Source: Camelus ferus
Lineage: Eukaryota
NCBI RefSeq assembly: GCF_009834535.1
Contig: NC_045696.1
Coordinates: 108,378,001-108,442,000, forward strand
Reading direction: 5' to 3'
DNA: 64,000 bases
The notes under the pieces were generated by a model. That model saw only the letters and a program-made list of their open reading frames with translations, searched no databases and was not told the DNA's origin. Of the stretch, positions 34,045 through 47,407 are shown piece after piece (position 1 is the first letter of the stretch; each line of letters begins with the position of its first letter). The position numbers and the translations under genes are program-made.

Positions 34045-37000
34045 TAATCCATCACTGCAATTAAAATCACAAACTTTGCATCACCCCAAAAAGTTACTTT
34101 CACCCTCTTTGTAATCTGTTTCTCCGTCTACTCTCATCCCCAGGCAACCATAAATCTGTTTCATATCACTATGTGTAGATTATTTTGCATTTTCTGGGAT
34201 TTTATATAAATGAAATCATACATTATATACTTCTTTTAATCCAGCCTTTTCATTCAGCATAATTCTTTTGAGATTCATTCATGTTGGTATGTTTATCAAC
34301 AATTTATTAGTTTTTACTGCTGAATAGCATCCATTGTGTGGGTGTACTACATTTATTTAACCACTTATCTGTGGATAGACATTTGTGTTGTTTCCAGTTT
34401 TTTGGGGTTATTTCAAATAAAGCTGCTATGAACATTTGTTTATAAGAAGTTTATGTATGTTTTCATTTCTCTTGGGTAAATAGCTAGGGGTGGAATGGCT
34501 GGGTCATATGGTAGGTGTACATTTAACTTTTTAAGAAACTGCCGAACTATTTTACTCCCACTCACAGTGCGTGAGAGTTCCAGTTCCTCCACATCCTGTC
34601 CAACCCTGGCATGGTCAGTCTTTCCATTTTAGCCTTTCTAATTGGTATCGAGTGGTTTTTCACTGCATTTGCATTTCCCTGATGACTCATGATGTTGAGC
34701 ATTTTTTTCATGTGCTTATTGGCCATTTGGATATCTTTGGTGAAGTGACTGTTCACAATTTTGCCCTTTTTCTTATTGGTTTGTAAGAGTTCTTTGCCTA
34801 ATCTGGATTCAACTTCTTTGTTATATGTGCTGTGAGCATTTTGTCCCAGTATGTGGCTTGCCTTTTTTTTTTTTTAATGATGCAGTCTGATTTATCATTT
34901 TTTCTTTTATGGAATTTTGTCCTCTAAGAATTATTTGCATATCCCAAGGTCACAAAGATATCCTATATTTTCTTCTAGAAATTTTGTAGTTTTGGGCTTT
35001 ATACTTAGATCTGTGATTCATTTTGAATTAATTATTTTGTATGGTGTGAAGGAAAAATCAATGCTTATTACTTTTTCTCACATAGCTATCTGGACATCAT
35101 TCCCCAAGCACTTTCCTTTCCCTGTTGAATTGCCTTCGCACCTTTGTCTTAAATCAAGTGATCGAATATGTATAGTATTTCTCTGGACTATCTATTCTGT
35201 TCCTTTGATCTATGTCTACCTTTTCACCAGTATCAGCCTGTCTTGATTACTGAAGCTTGATTACTGAAATCAAATAAGTCCTCCAAAGTTGTTCTTTTAA
35301 AAAATTATTATTTTTATTCTAGGTATTTTGCATTTCCATTCAAATTTTAGTTTATATGAATTTATATACCATTTACATATATATCTTATAGCTTGCCAAA
35401 GGTAGTCTACAAAAATGTCTACTGGAATTTTGATTGAGATTGCATTGAATACGGGGAGACCTGTCATGTAATGATATTGAATCTTCCAATCTGCAGAATA
35501 AAACAATATCTTTTCTCATTTATTTAGGTCTTTTAATTTCTGTTAGCAATGTTTTGTAGTTTCAGTGTTGAGCTCTTGGATCACTTTATTAGACTTGTTC
35601 CTACATACTTAGTCATTTTTGATGTCACTCTAAATGAATTTTTAAAAATCTCACTTTCTACTTGGTAGCTGTAACTATATAAAAATAAAATTGATTTTTG
35701 CACATTAACCTTATAACCTGCAACCTTGCTAAATTCATTAATTAACTTTAGTGCTCGTTTTCTACATGAAAAATCATATCATCTTCAAATGTGGAAAGTT
35801 CTACTTCCTTCTTTCCTGCCTTTCCAGTTTTGATTTTATTTTCTTGCCTTAGTACAATAGCTAAGACCTCAGAAAAATGTGAATAGATGTGGTGAAGGTG
35901 GGCATTCTTGCCTTGTCCCTGGTTTAGGAGGTAAAATATGTAGCCTCTCACTATGAAGTATGATGTTAGCTGACTTTGGTTTGGTTTTGCTTTGTTTTTA
36001 GATATAGATGCCCAGGTTGGAAAAGTTCTCTTCTAGTCCTAGTTTGATGAGAGATTTTTTTAAAAAATTATGAATGGGCATTTAATTTTTTCAAATTCTT
36101 GTTCACATCTAATAAATTAATGGTGTATTTTTCTCCTTTAAGTTCATTAACATGGTAGATTGTGTTGATTAATTTGCATGTGTTAAATATACTTGCATTC
36201 TTGGAATAAGCCCTACTTGGTGATGATGTATGTTCCTTTTTTATATATTGTTGGACTCAGCTTGCTACAATTTTGTTAAGGATTTTTGCATCTATATTCA
36301 TGAGAGATATAGGTATGCAATTTTCTTTTCTTTGTTACGTCTTTGTTAGGTTTTGGAATCAAAGTTATACTGACCTCAGAAGATAAGTTAGGCACTGATC
36401 CTTCTTTCTCTATTTTTTTTGAAAAAACTTGTATTCTATTAGTGTTATTTTTTCTTCATTGTTTTATAGAATCCACCAGGGAAACTTTCTACATTTCTGT
36501 TTCTTATTGCTGCTGTAGCAAATGACCATGAATTTGGTGGCTTAGAACAACACAGATCTATGATCTTACAGTTCTGGAGGCCAGAAGTCTAAATGGGTCT
36601 CACTAAGTTAAATTCATGGCCTGAGCAGGGCTCTATTTCCTTCTTGAGAAAGATTCTAAGGAAACATCTGTTTATTTGCCTTTTCCATCTTCTAGATGCT
36701 GCCTGAATTCTTTGGCTCGTGGCCCCTGCCATTTTCAAAGTCTATGGTGGTCAGTTGAATCTTTCTCAGACTGAATCTCTCTGACACTCACACTTCTGCC
36801 TTCTTCATTCACCTTAAGTGTAACCCTATGGTGACATCGGGCCCACCTGGCTAATCCAGGAGACTCTCTCTGCCTGCCTTAAGGTCAGCTGATTAGAAAC
36901 ATTAATTCCATCAGCTATAGACCCCTTTTGCTATAACATATTTATAAAGTCCGGAGATAGGATGCGGACATCTCTGGAAAGCCACTGTTCTCCCTGCTAT

Positions 37001-37470
37001 CACCATCTCAGCCTGGATTTTCTTTGTGAGATGGATTTAATATTTTTTTCAATTTCTTCAATAGGTATAGTATTCAGTTTTTCTGTTTCTTCTTTTGTTG
37101 ATTTTGGCAAGTTGTATTTTTCAAAAAGTTGTTTCACCTGAGTTGTCAGATTTATTGGCCTAAATTTGTTCATAGTATTCTCTTGATATTCTTTTGATGT
37201 ATGTATGATCTATGGTGATAAATTCTTTTCATTACTAAATTGGTAATATGTGTTCTTTCTCTTTTTTGCTTGATCTATTTAGAGCTTGTCAAGTTTCTGA
37301 ACTTTTCAAAGAATCAGCTTTTTGCTATATCAGTTTTCTTTCTTCCAGCATTTTATTTCACTAATTTCTGCTCTAAGTCTTTATTCCCTTCATTCTATTA
37401 ACTTTGAGTTTATTTTGCTCTTCTTTTTCTAGTTTCTTAAGTTGAAACTCTTGGGAATTGATGTTAAGTC
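34045..37470 (-). mobile_element. Old L1 (L1M): 3' UTR plus about 2.5 kb of decayed ORF2, interrupted by an MLT1
   Basis: CCCAGGCAACCATAAATCTG...TGAGATTCATTCATGTTG (3' UTR). The minus ORF at 34562-34756 gives KDIQMANKHMKKML (ORF2 C-terminus) and the one at 35748-35951 gives LSTFEDDMI (FADD motif). Confidence 0.9.
36490..37000 (-). mobile_element. MLT1 (C/D-like) MaLR LTR inserted into L1
   Basis: TTGCTGCTGTAGCAAATGACCATGAATTTGGTGGCTTAGAACAACAC...ACAGTTCTGGAGGCCAGAAGTC...GGGCCCACCTGGCTAATCCAGG. L1 sequence resumes on both sides. Confidence 0.85.
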
Positions 37471-38325
37471 TTTCTTCCCAAGTACAGCTTTACTACATGG
37501 GACAGATTTTGATGCGTTTCATTTCTATTGTTTTTTAAAAAGATCATTGTATTTGTTGAGTGCTGTGGGTCTTCTGCCTCCTTAAGACACTTCTTTAAAA
37601 CTGGCATATGAAACAAGGGAATTGCTGCACCCCAGAGTGATTTTGGAATGGGACTGCTCCCTTGAACTTGAAAAAGAACACGAACCCTAGACTAGAAGCC
37701 TTAGATCAGTGGCTATTATTTCCTTCCCCCAATATCTTTTGTGAGAGAAAGCATTCTATGATTGTTTCAAGTACACTCCAGTTATTGAACCTCTGAGCCC
37801 AGGTTGGTTGGAAAGCACTTGAATAATCTGTTAGGTCCTTTCTAACTGGGGAGAATAACAAGAATCAGCTTTACTAGTGCCTCCTGAATGCATGTTTCCA
37901 GCTCAGGTGGGGCCGACTTTGTTTTTCCTGGTACCTATTTGTGCTAAATGGGTTGCACGTGGACTCCTAGCATAGCTATGTACCGGGGGAGGATGATGCG
38001 AAGCAGAATCCATAGTGGGCGGAACTTGCTGAATGAATAAGATATGAAGAAAGAGAAAACATGTGGGGCCAGAAGTCAGTACCTGGGTTTTACCACAATT
38101 CTGCATAGTAAGGAGATGTGAGAACAAGTCTTTCTTAGCTCTGAGTCTGTCCTGCCAAGAGCATGGGTGGTGTGGCCCACAGAGCAGAGTGTGGATGTAA
38201 AAGTCCCTTATGGGCTATACTGTGCTGGGGTGACTGTCCGGCTTTGCTCTCTGCTCTAACTTCCCCACCCCTCGGCCCCTATTTCTCCAACAGCTCTTGC
38301 TTTTTTTTTTTTTCCCCCTTACCTT

Positions 38326-38501
38326 CAGGGCTGGCTTCATAAGTATGTGATCCATCCAGTTGCACAGGACCCCACACTCAGAATGGCTTGCACGTGGTTT
38401 AATGCTCTGCTGTCACTGTCCTGAAATTCTTAATAATTTTTATCAAGGGGTCCCACATTTTCATTTTGCAGAGAGCCATGCAAATTCTGTAGCTGATCCT
38501 G
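38326..38501 (+). mobile_element. MER53 hAT-family MITE
   Basis: CAGGGCTGGCTTCAT...TGGTTTAATGCTCTGCTGTCACTGTCCTGAAATTCTTAATAATTTTT...CATTTTCATTTTGCA...TGTAGCTGATCCTG. The 8-bp flanks CTTACCTT and TTTACCTG match at 6 of 8 positions (degenerate TSD). Confidence 0.85.
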
Positions 38502-39539
38502 TTTACCTGGAAAGTCCCTTGAAGACAAGGTCGTGACTCTGCAAGTAAAAAGGGCACAGTAAGGCCCCCGGGCAAAGCGCCTCCGGGGCCACAGGCACAG
38601 TTAGGTGCAATGGAATGGTGCACCACGTGTCCGCGCCTCCCTCAAACAACTTCCGGCAGCACCTCCCCCGCCCCAGACCTCCTTGTCAGGAGGCATTTTG
38701 GAAGGCTGAATCATATTTTCCCAGATACTCCTCACCATCCACCTGCCCCAGCAGCTCCCCCAGTACTCATTCACATCCAGCAACCCAAGAATCAACAGTA
38801 TCCATATGGTGCATCCTCTATAAGTGAAAGCTCTTTTAATTAGTGATGGGACACCTCAAATAATTTCAGCAGATGCTTCCATTTCATGCAAACAGGCACA
38901 TGGCTTTGCAATTGGGCAATATTGTTCTAATTATATCATAGCTTGCAGCCCAACTGGGTACGTCTCTTCGACAGCCTTTCTGAAGGAGAGTACGTGGGTG
39001 GGGGCAGATCTATTTTATTCACTCTCCCACACACACACACTGTGATGTCTCCTTTCAATATTGAATGTTTAAGAACTGTTTTTTGTTTTGTTTTTGTTTT
39101 TCACTATTTTGATTTCCAAGTGCTCTCTACAGTCAGAAAAAGGGAGGAATGAGAAGGATGCAATGTTTGGCACTAGGATGGATGAGGGGAGGAGGCTCTG
39201 GAATTTTCCTTCTTATAATTTTCTTTAAAAGTGTGGTCCTACTTCAAGGAGGTTGCAGAGAGGTCTGTGTGATGCAGAGATCCCTGTCATTCTCCCTGAT
39301 ATCCTAGGATTCTGTGGCAGAGATGGCAGGGCTGTTTGCTATAATTAAAGCTTCCCTAAGAGGGATGGGAGAGCACGCAGTCTCTGAACAGACTGGGTTG
39401 GTATCTGGAGGCATCGGCATGGTCTGTGGAGTTCTTGGCACACAGTGCAAGAGGGACCTATAGGCTCCTCGTGCTGGGGAAGGTACACTGTCTGGCTCCA
39501 TGAGCTGCTAGTTGCAATTGTTTACTAAATATTTCCAGC

Positions 39540-39897
39540 TCACCATCCACCTTCTGAGCACATAATAGGACCACGCTTCTGTCTTTCTTTGAGGTCTTCT
39601 ATATGGGGCTATATGTGCTTCTGTATGTCCAATATGGGGCTGTGTGATTTACTTCGGCCAGCAAAATATGGGTGGTCGTGAACTGTGCCCTTTCCAAGTG
39701 GAAGACTTCAAGAGTCAGATGTCCTCAGTGGTCAGTGAAGCACATGTCAAGATGAAGCCTCTGTCACCCTGGGCCCCTGAGTGTCTAATCTCAGCAGAAC
39801 CCTGTTATGGGCCTACGTAACATGCACTGTGTTACACCACTGAGATTTTGAAATTTTTTGTTTGTGTAGCAACATCTGGCCTATCCTGACTAATACA
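39540..39897 (+). mobile_element. MLT1 (J-like) MaLR LTR
   Basis: GATGAAGCCTCTGTCACCCTGGGCCCCTGAGTG...CCACTGAGATTTTG...GCCTATCCTGACTAATACA terminus. Confidence 0.75.
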
Positions 39898-41049
39898 ATA
39901 GTGATTAGAGCTAGCCTGGTTTCACCTTCTGGGGAATTTCCAGGGGGCCACTCTGAGCTGGGGGAAAGAGGGGTTCTTGGAGGAGCAATCTAGTGGGTTG
40001 GCAGTTTGGAAACAAGCAAAAAAGGATCTATTGAGATACACCCACCTTAGGAACACTTCTCTCTCGTTCTGGTTCCTAGGAATAGCCAACCACGAGGCTC
40101 TCGGGCTATTTCAGGCAAGAAAGAGCAGCTAGATTCTGGAGGCACAGACGCAATGACTCATGCCACATGGAGAACCAGGCTGAATGAAGTGTGGTTGAGG
40201 CTGAGAGAACCCAGGCTCTCCAGGCAGACCTGACAGCTTCTTCCTCCCTGGTGATAAAGAGCAGGTCCTACCTAGTCTTTGCACTTGGAGGCAAGCTCAA
40301 GGTTAAACTTCCCCACTCCCACATCACCTCACCTGATGTTGCTCTTGGAACCACCATCAATAAAGCCTCTACTTATAGAAAACATGATCTGGGCTTCAAA
40401 TAACCAAATGAACAAGAGAATGTTTTGAGTATTTCTCCATCTGTAAGACGGGGAGCCTTGCGAGGATTTGTAATATTCTCTGAGTGCCTCATTTTTTTTA
40501 ACCTAAGCAGGATATAAGCGAAAATGAAAGAAAAAGAAAAGAAGGAAAACAAGCTTCTTATTTCAAACTTCTTCAACCACACACTTCCATCTGCTTTATT
40601 ACCAAGAGGGCAAAAGTAGCAGGGTTAAATTTAGGTAAAAGCAAGGAGACAGGGTTAATTTTATTTTAAGAGGCACATAACATGTTTAAAATGATGTCTC
40701 TGGGTAAATAATCTAGGCTGGCCTCACTCAGCCCAGAGGGTTTCTTGCTCTGTCCCCTGACCGTGGAATGCTGAGAGAATGGGTCTTCTACTGGGTGGGC
40801 ACCCGCCCACCAGCCTCTCTTATGCATCGTCTCCCTGACTTCGGTGTGCTAAGAACTGTTGAGAACAGAAGCCCAACAGCCTCCTTCAGTTGTGCTGAGA
40901 GGCAAGGGGCTGGATGAGAGGACCTCTCAAGGGATCTTCCAGCCTGAATGAATAATTAGGATAAGGCATAATTAGGATAAAAAGCAGGAAACTCTAGGAA
41001 TTTGAACTTCCATGCCTTTCCTCTTTCCTACCTGAGGTGGCACTCTAAG

Positions 41050-41680
41050 AATAAATTGGGCGATAACCCAAGTGATTAAAAATATGTAGCATATGCACAG
41101 TGTGGACACACACATATGCTAATGGTTTCAAGATAGCATTGCCAAGGAGTTTATTCTGCACTCGGAGACAGACAAATATATTTCAAGACCATGACCAGGG
41201 CTGTGTTAGACATGTGTACAGCTGCTGTGACAGTGCTGATGGGGGCAAGGGGTTTTGACTCTTTGGATGAATGGATCTCAACCTGAATATTGAAAGAAGC
41301 AGAAATTAAGTGACAAGGGTGTGAGGGAACAGCATCCCTGGTACCACAAAGACTCTCCTCTGCCAGGCGGGGACCCTGGCAGGAAAGTGGCAGGAGGGGA
41401 CCCTGGAGAAAGTCAGGGTTCAGCTACCCAGGGCTGAATATGTCAGCGAGTGAGGTAGATTTCCTCCTGGAGCAGTGGGAGGCTGGGGAGAGATTTTAAG
41501 CAAGGGAGAGGCATGGTCAGATGAGAGACCCCTCTCTCCAGCTCTGGATGGAGAATGACTAGAGGACAGCGACACTGGGGGAGGCAAGCTGTAGGAAGCT
41601 CCTGTACTAGACAGGGTGAGAGATGGCCAGGCCTGAAGGGGCAGGGGAGCAGGACAGAATCCGGGAATACAGGATAAATG
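41050..41680 (-). mobile_element. L2 LINE 3' fragment
   Basis: GCAGTGGGAGGCTGGGGAGAGATTTTAAGCAAGGGAGAGGCATGGTCAGAT...CAGGGTGAGAGATGG. Confidence 0.55.
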
Positions 41681-41819
41681 AGCTCATCCCCCGCCTTTCC
41701 CCTTTCTCAGGGAAGAAGCACCCTCGATTAGTAAGCCTGGGTGTGCTTCCCCATAACAAATGCATCTATGGGTTTGTTTGGGATTCAGTTCAGCAACAAC
41801 TGCGTTGGTGGGACTTTCA

Positions 41820-42780
41820 ATGCCCTCCGCCCACTCACCCTCTGGGCAGGGGTCACCGTCCGCTGAGAAGCGCCTCCCGCTCCCTGTGCCCCCCCCCCCC
41901 CCCACGGCTCGCAGGAGGGCCTCCCAGCGACGGCTGCGGGGCCGCCCTTACGCTCTGGGCTTCAGCTCTGCGTCTGTGCTGCCCCTTTGTGGTCCGGAGG
42001 CCCCACTCAGCTCCGTCCACCTGGTCAGCTACCCAGAGGGAACCTGTGTAAGGTCCGGAGGCTGGGCTCCCAGCCCGACGTGCCGCGGCCCTCCCTTGCC
42101 CTGGGCCCTGCTTTTCACTTCAGGGAAACGGGGAGCACGGCCGTTCTCGGTGTCTGTTGGTGCGGTGATTCCCGCACTGCAGTTGCCTCCCGATCTTCTC
42201 GGGCTGGTTACAACACAGAGGGCTGGGCCCCACCCCTAGAGACTCCGATCCCGCCGGTCAGGGGTGGGGTCTGAGAACGTGCATGTCTAACAAGTTCCCG
42301 AGTGATGTGCATACTGCTGTTCGGGGACCAGATTTTGAGAACCATGTTTCCTGCCTCGCGTCCTCGTCCTCTGAAAGCAGCTTGTAGTCACGCCATCTGG
42401 GTCACTCAGCCCTTTCACACAGCGAAAGCAGAACTGCCCGATTTCAGCTGGTGAATGGGCGGTCCAGGTGCACGCTCGTACATGGGTGCGAAGCCGTGTG
42501 CTCCTGGCTTGTGGACCTGGGCAGGCTCCGAGGGCAGCGGTCCTGGCTGGGGGAGGCTGGGAAACTGGCGTGCAGTCAGGGCAGGTGCGAGCCCTGGGGT
42601 CTCCTGGGGCGACCTGCAGGACTGCATGGCTTCTCTGCCTTTCCCTGCTCCTCCATTTCCTATTCAGTCCCCCCTCTCCTGACACGTGGGGAAATCGATG
42701 CCTGCGAGGTATTAGAAAAGCCATCGAATTGCCCTTACCTGCCAGCAGGTGACACCCGATATTGATCTGGCGTATGGAAG
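41820..42780. promoter_or_regulatory. CpG-island-like segment (candidate promoter or orphan CGI)
   Basis: I counted about 33 CpG by hand in 41821-42300, against CpG-depleted flanks. GC boxes lie at 41827, 41942 and 42457, a C15 tract at 41889-41903 and a CACGTG E-box at 42683. Confidence 0.7.
42163..42346 (+). mobile_element. MER5A hAT-Charlie MITE
   Basis: AACACAGAGGGCTGGGCCCCACCCCTAGAG...GGGGTGGGGTCTGAGAACGTGCATGTCTAACAAGTTCCC...GGGGACCAGATTTTGAGAACCA. Confidence 0.85.
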
Positions 42781-43479
42781 TGATTCACAGGTTTGCTGAA
42801 GCCTGGAAAAGATCAAATGTTATGAGCCTCATGATCCCGTCTTCCTTCTCTGCTCTCAGCTAACACTGGAGGAGGTAACTGGGAAATTACAGACTGAAGC
42901 AGCTTTTTCGGTGTGCTTGCAATGGGAACAAAATCCAGGAGAACCATCTCATTGGGAGAGAAAGGATTCTAGGATTACGCATTCTTATTTAGAGCAGTTT
43001 TCTCTTTTAAGGACAACATCCTCCAGACTTGACCATTATAGAACAATATTTTTAACACAGCCAGTAAATCAAAGAAAAAATTGCCATGGAAGGAAGTTTT
43101 CTATGGATGCTCCAGTGCTCACGTACCAGGCAGGTCTCTTAGAGCTGAGAAGACTGCTATCTCCCAGGAGCCTGCAATGGGGCTGCCCAGCCCCGTGAAG
43201 GGCACGCTCGCTGTCTTTCAAGTAGGGGAAGGACTGGTAGTAAGACAGGTATGTACCAGCTGGTGACTACAGGCGATTTCAATATTTTTGCATCTTGATT
43301 TATAACAATACACTTATTTGGTAGCATTTTTATGCAAACTGAAAGCTCCCGATGCCTGGCAACAAGTGTTAGGTGGCCCTGTCCTTATTCTTAGGGCGTT
43401 AAAAGTAACAGCAGTGAAAACAGTAGCTGTAGCAGGAGGGCAGGGTGTCCATGTATTGAATGCTGTGGCCCCGTAGTGA

Positions 43480-43843
43480 TCTGTGGTCTCTGTGCTGTTT
43501 TGTCTTCTTGGACACACAGGAAGATCACATGCTCCAGCTCCCTCTGCGGTTAGTTTACAACCATGTGACAGAATTCTGACCAGTGGGAGGCAGGTGGAAG
43601 TGATGTTATGAGCTGGTCCCCGGCTCGCACTTACAAACATTTTACAAAATCCTCCCAACCTTTCTTTCCTTGCTGCATTGTCCTTGTGATCACGTATTCC
43701 ACGTGTTTTAGCTACAAGATGGACGAGGGCTACAAGATCTGCATTACAATTTATCTGAGTAATAAATAAACCTTTTCATGTTAAGACCCTGAGACGTGGG
43801 AATCTGTTACCGCAGCATTGCTTATACTATCCTGACAAACACA
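43480..43843 (+). mobile_element. MLT1 (J-like) MaLR LTR
   Basis: CCATGTGACAGAATTCTGACCAGTGGGAGGCAGGTGGAAGTGATG...AAATAAACCTTTTCATGTTAAGACCCTGAGA...CTATCCTGACAAACACA. Confidence 0.75.
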
Positions 43844-46011
43844 AATGTCTACTATGTGCTAAATGGCAAATCAGACCTATGAGGAAGTAATATGACCTCG
43901 TTTAATCTTCACAAAAACCCTGCAAGTCTGCTGCTCCCCCTCACCTCTTGGCTTACTGCCTCAGTTCTGCTCTGCAAACAGGATCTGTGTTGGTATATAT
44001 TACACTATGGCGAGCTGCTATAGTTCAGAAAGAATTTATAAAAGTGGCCATTGTCTTGGTTGGAATTATTTTTTCATTAGTAGAGCGTGAGTCTGCCTTC
44101 ATTTAACCATTATGGAGTTACATGCTCTTAATCAGGCAAATTCTGTAATAGGATCTTTCTTGACAGTTCATGATTGTTGTATCTTATTTTTATATTGTTC
44201 CTTTTATCATTTTGTGTAATTATTCTCTACCCCTGTTATGTTTACTCCTATATATAATATCTTGTGTGAAATGACTATTGCAACATTAGCTTTCTCTTGT
44301 TTAAAATTTGGTTAAACGATGCTATTGGATAGGTCTTTCTAACTAACCTAATAAAGTATTGCTCCCAGTTACTCTATAGTTATATAGCTTTCAATTACAT
44401 ATTATAAATATTTTGTTATTGTTTATTGTATGTATCCCCTCACCATAAGAATACCCACAATTGAGATTTTCATAGACTCATATGCAGTTTTAGATAATAC
44501 ATAGCGATCTCTTGTACTCTTCGCCAGGTTCCCCCAACATTTTGCAGAACTACAGTATCACATCATACTCGAAATACTGACGCTGAGCCAACACACCATT
44601 TTTATTTGGATTTCCCTGGTTGTAGCCATGCATGTGTGTGTACACCTGTATGTGAGTCTCAATACAATGTTATCATTTGTGAAGGCTTGCGCACCCACCA
44701 CCGTGGTTGAGATACTAAACACTTCCAATACCACAGGGATTCCTTGTGTAGCCCCTTAATAATACCTGTTTCCCATCTATATCCCTCCCTCTACAACCTG
44801 TAATCTGTCCTCCATTTCTAAGATTTTGTGATTTCAAAAACATTATTTAAATGAACTTGACAGTATGTAGTTGTACAGTATGTAACCATGCAGTATGAGA
44901 TTGGCTTTTCTCTTAGAGTAACACTCACATAACATAAAATTAACTATTTTAAAGTGTGCAGTCCAGTTCTACTTAGTACACTGACAATGTGCAACCATCA
45001 GCTCTACTGGATTCAAAATATTTCCATTACTCCAAAAAGAAACCCAAACCTATTAAGCAGTCTCTCTTCAGTGCCCCTCCGCAGAGCCCCCAGGGAACAT
45101 TAATCTGCTTTATGTCTCTATGGATTTACCTATTCTGGATCTTTATATAAATGGAATCATACAATATGTGACATTTTGTATCTGGCTTCTTTCACTTAGT
45201 GTAATGTTTTTGAGGTGCATTCATGTTGTAGCATGTATCTGTACTTCATTCCTTTTTATGGCTGAATACTATTTCATTGTATCGGATAGACCACATTTTT
45301 GTTTATTCATTTATCAGTTGATGGACATTTGGGTTATTTCCACCTTTCGGTTATTGTGAACAGTGATGCTTATGAACGTTTATGTACAAGTTTTGGTTTG
45401 AATCCTGTTTTTAAATCTTTCGGATATGTACCCAGGAGTGATATTGCTGGGTCATGTGGTAATTCTATGCTCAGCTTTTTGAGGAAGCGTAAAATTGGTT
45501 TCCACAGCCACTGCACCATTCTTATCAGCAATACGCAAGCATTCTAAATTCCCTGCATCTTCACCAACACTTGTTATTTTCCGCTTTTTGATTATCGTCA
45601 TTGTAGTGGGTGTGAAGTGGTATCTCACTGTGGTATTGATTTGCATTTCCCTGAAGACTAATGACGCTGAGCGTCTTTTCATGTGCTTGTTGGCCAACTG
45701 TATCTCTTTTTATGAGAGATGAGATGTCTATTCAAGTCATTTGTCTATTTCTTAATTAAGCTGTCTGTCCTTTGGTTGTTGAGTTCTTTGTGTGATTTAG
45801 ATACTAGATGCTTATCATACATATGATTTGAAAATATGTTCTCCCATTCTGTAGGTTGTCTTTTCTTTCTTTTGATTGTCTCTTTTACAGCATAAAAGTT
45901 TTAAATTTTGGTGATGTCCAACTTATTTGTTGTTTACTTTTGTTGCTTGTTCTTTTGGTGTCACATCTAATAATTCGTTGCTAAATCCAAGGTTGTAAAG
46001 GATAACCCCTG

Positions 46012-46325
46012 AAGAGTGCCTGCATTCTTTGGCCTGGTACCTTCCTCCACATTTAAAGCCAGCAGTGTAGCCTCTTCTCTCCTCTCTTGCCTCTGCTTCT
46101 ATCCTTACGTCTTCTCTCTCTGACTGTGATCACCCTCCCTCCTTATAATGAGGAGCCTTATGATTACATTGGGTCCACCTAGATGATCCAGGGTTAATAT
46201 CTCCATCTCAGGATCCTTAACTTACTCACATCTACAAAGTCCCTTTCTCTATGTAAAGTGACAAATTCACAGGTTCTGGGGATTAGGACATGAGCATCAT
46301 TGGGCTAATTACCTAGCCTACCACA
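46012..46325 (-). mobile_element. MLT1 (D-like) LTR, partial
   Basis: TGATTACATTGGGTCCACCTAGATGATCCAGG...CCATCTCAGGATCCTTAACTTA...CACAGGTTCTGGGGATTAGGACATG...CCTACCACA. Confidence 0.85.
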
Positions 46326-47407
46326 ACTGGTACCAACATTTCACCACTTGCTTCCACTTAGATCCCCTTACCTTCTCCACTTTCAAATATCATTGTCTTG
46401 GGCATGAGATACTGTTATAATTTTTATTTCAGTCATCATTATGATTTATAAAACTCATGAGGAAAATGTCTATTGGATACACTCATACTTCTGCTCCTTT
46501 CATTGTCCTTGTTTCCTAAAATCTCAAGTTTCCTTCATTTTTTTAAAGTTTTCTTTCTGTTTGAAGAAATTTCTTTAGCCAGTCTTTAAGGACATGTTTG
46601 CTAATGACAATTTTTTAAAATTTTCCTTTGTCTGAGAATGTTTATATTTCCCCTTCATGTCTGAAGGATAATGTCAGTAGATAGTACACTTGCAGTTCAC
46701 AATTCTTTTTCTTAGTACTTCAAAAATATTGTGCCTCTTCTTTCTGGCCTCCAGGGTTTCAGGTGGAAAATCCACTGTCATCCAAATGGGTGTTCTCCTA
46801 CACATAATGTGTTGTGACTGTTTCAAAGATTTTTTCCTTTAATTTTAAAAAGTTTAATTATGATGTCTTGGGATGGATTTCTTTGAGTTTATCTTTTTTG
46901 ATGTTTACTTAGCATCTTGGATCTGGAAGTTTGTATCTTAAACCAAATTTGGAAAGTTTTCAGCCATGATTTCTTCAAAGACTCAGCCCCTCTCTCTTTC
47001 TACACCTGAGAGGCAGGCATCCTGTTTAGGCTTAGCATGTAGGTCTTGGCTTACTTTTGTGGGCTGTGGTTCCAAAGGTAGACTAATTAATCAAAGTCTT
47101 TGTAGTGTTATTTCAGTCTGCAGTTTTATCTGGTGCCACTGGGGTTCCCACTGATCCTTGCTGGTGCTGCCTTAGGGAGACAGAAGGAGATTCCTCAGGT
47201 GGGATCACCAGGTGGCTCTGGGTGGGGGAGGGGCATAGTGGGATCCCCTCCCAGTTCTCTCTCACCCTTCACATCATCACCCACTTCCCATTCCCAGGTG
47301 TCTCTGGGCTAGGGAGGAAAGTCTTGGGCTCATGGGGACAAAGATTCTTCCTAGATCAAGCTGCCTGCTGTAACTGTGTCTCTCCTGCTGGCTCCACCTA
47401 CCCACTT

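Noticed and set aside
41623..42765. Overlapping 95-159-aa ORFs in the GC-rich segment
   Set aside because: Long ORFs in several frames and on both strands reflect stop-codon scarcity at high GC. Some run through the poly-C tract and MER5A.
26450..46028. AAGAGTGCCTG(C)ATTCT at 26450 and 46012 as the TSD of a 20-kb insertion
   Set aside because: The second copy is explained by MLT1 sequence, and the interval contains ancient MIR and L2 elements. It is a coincidence.
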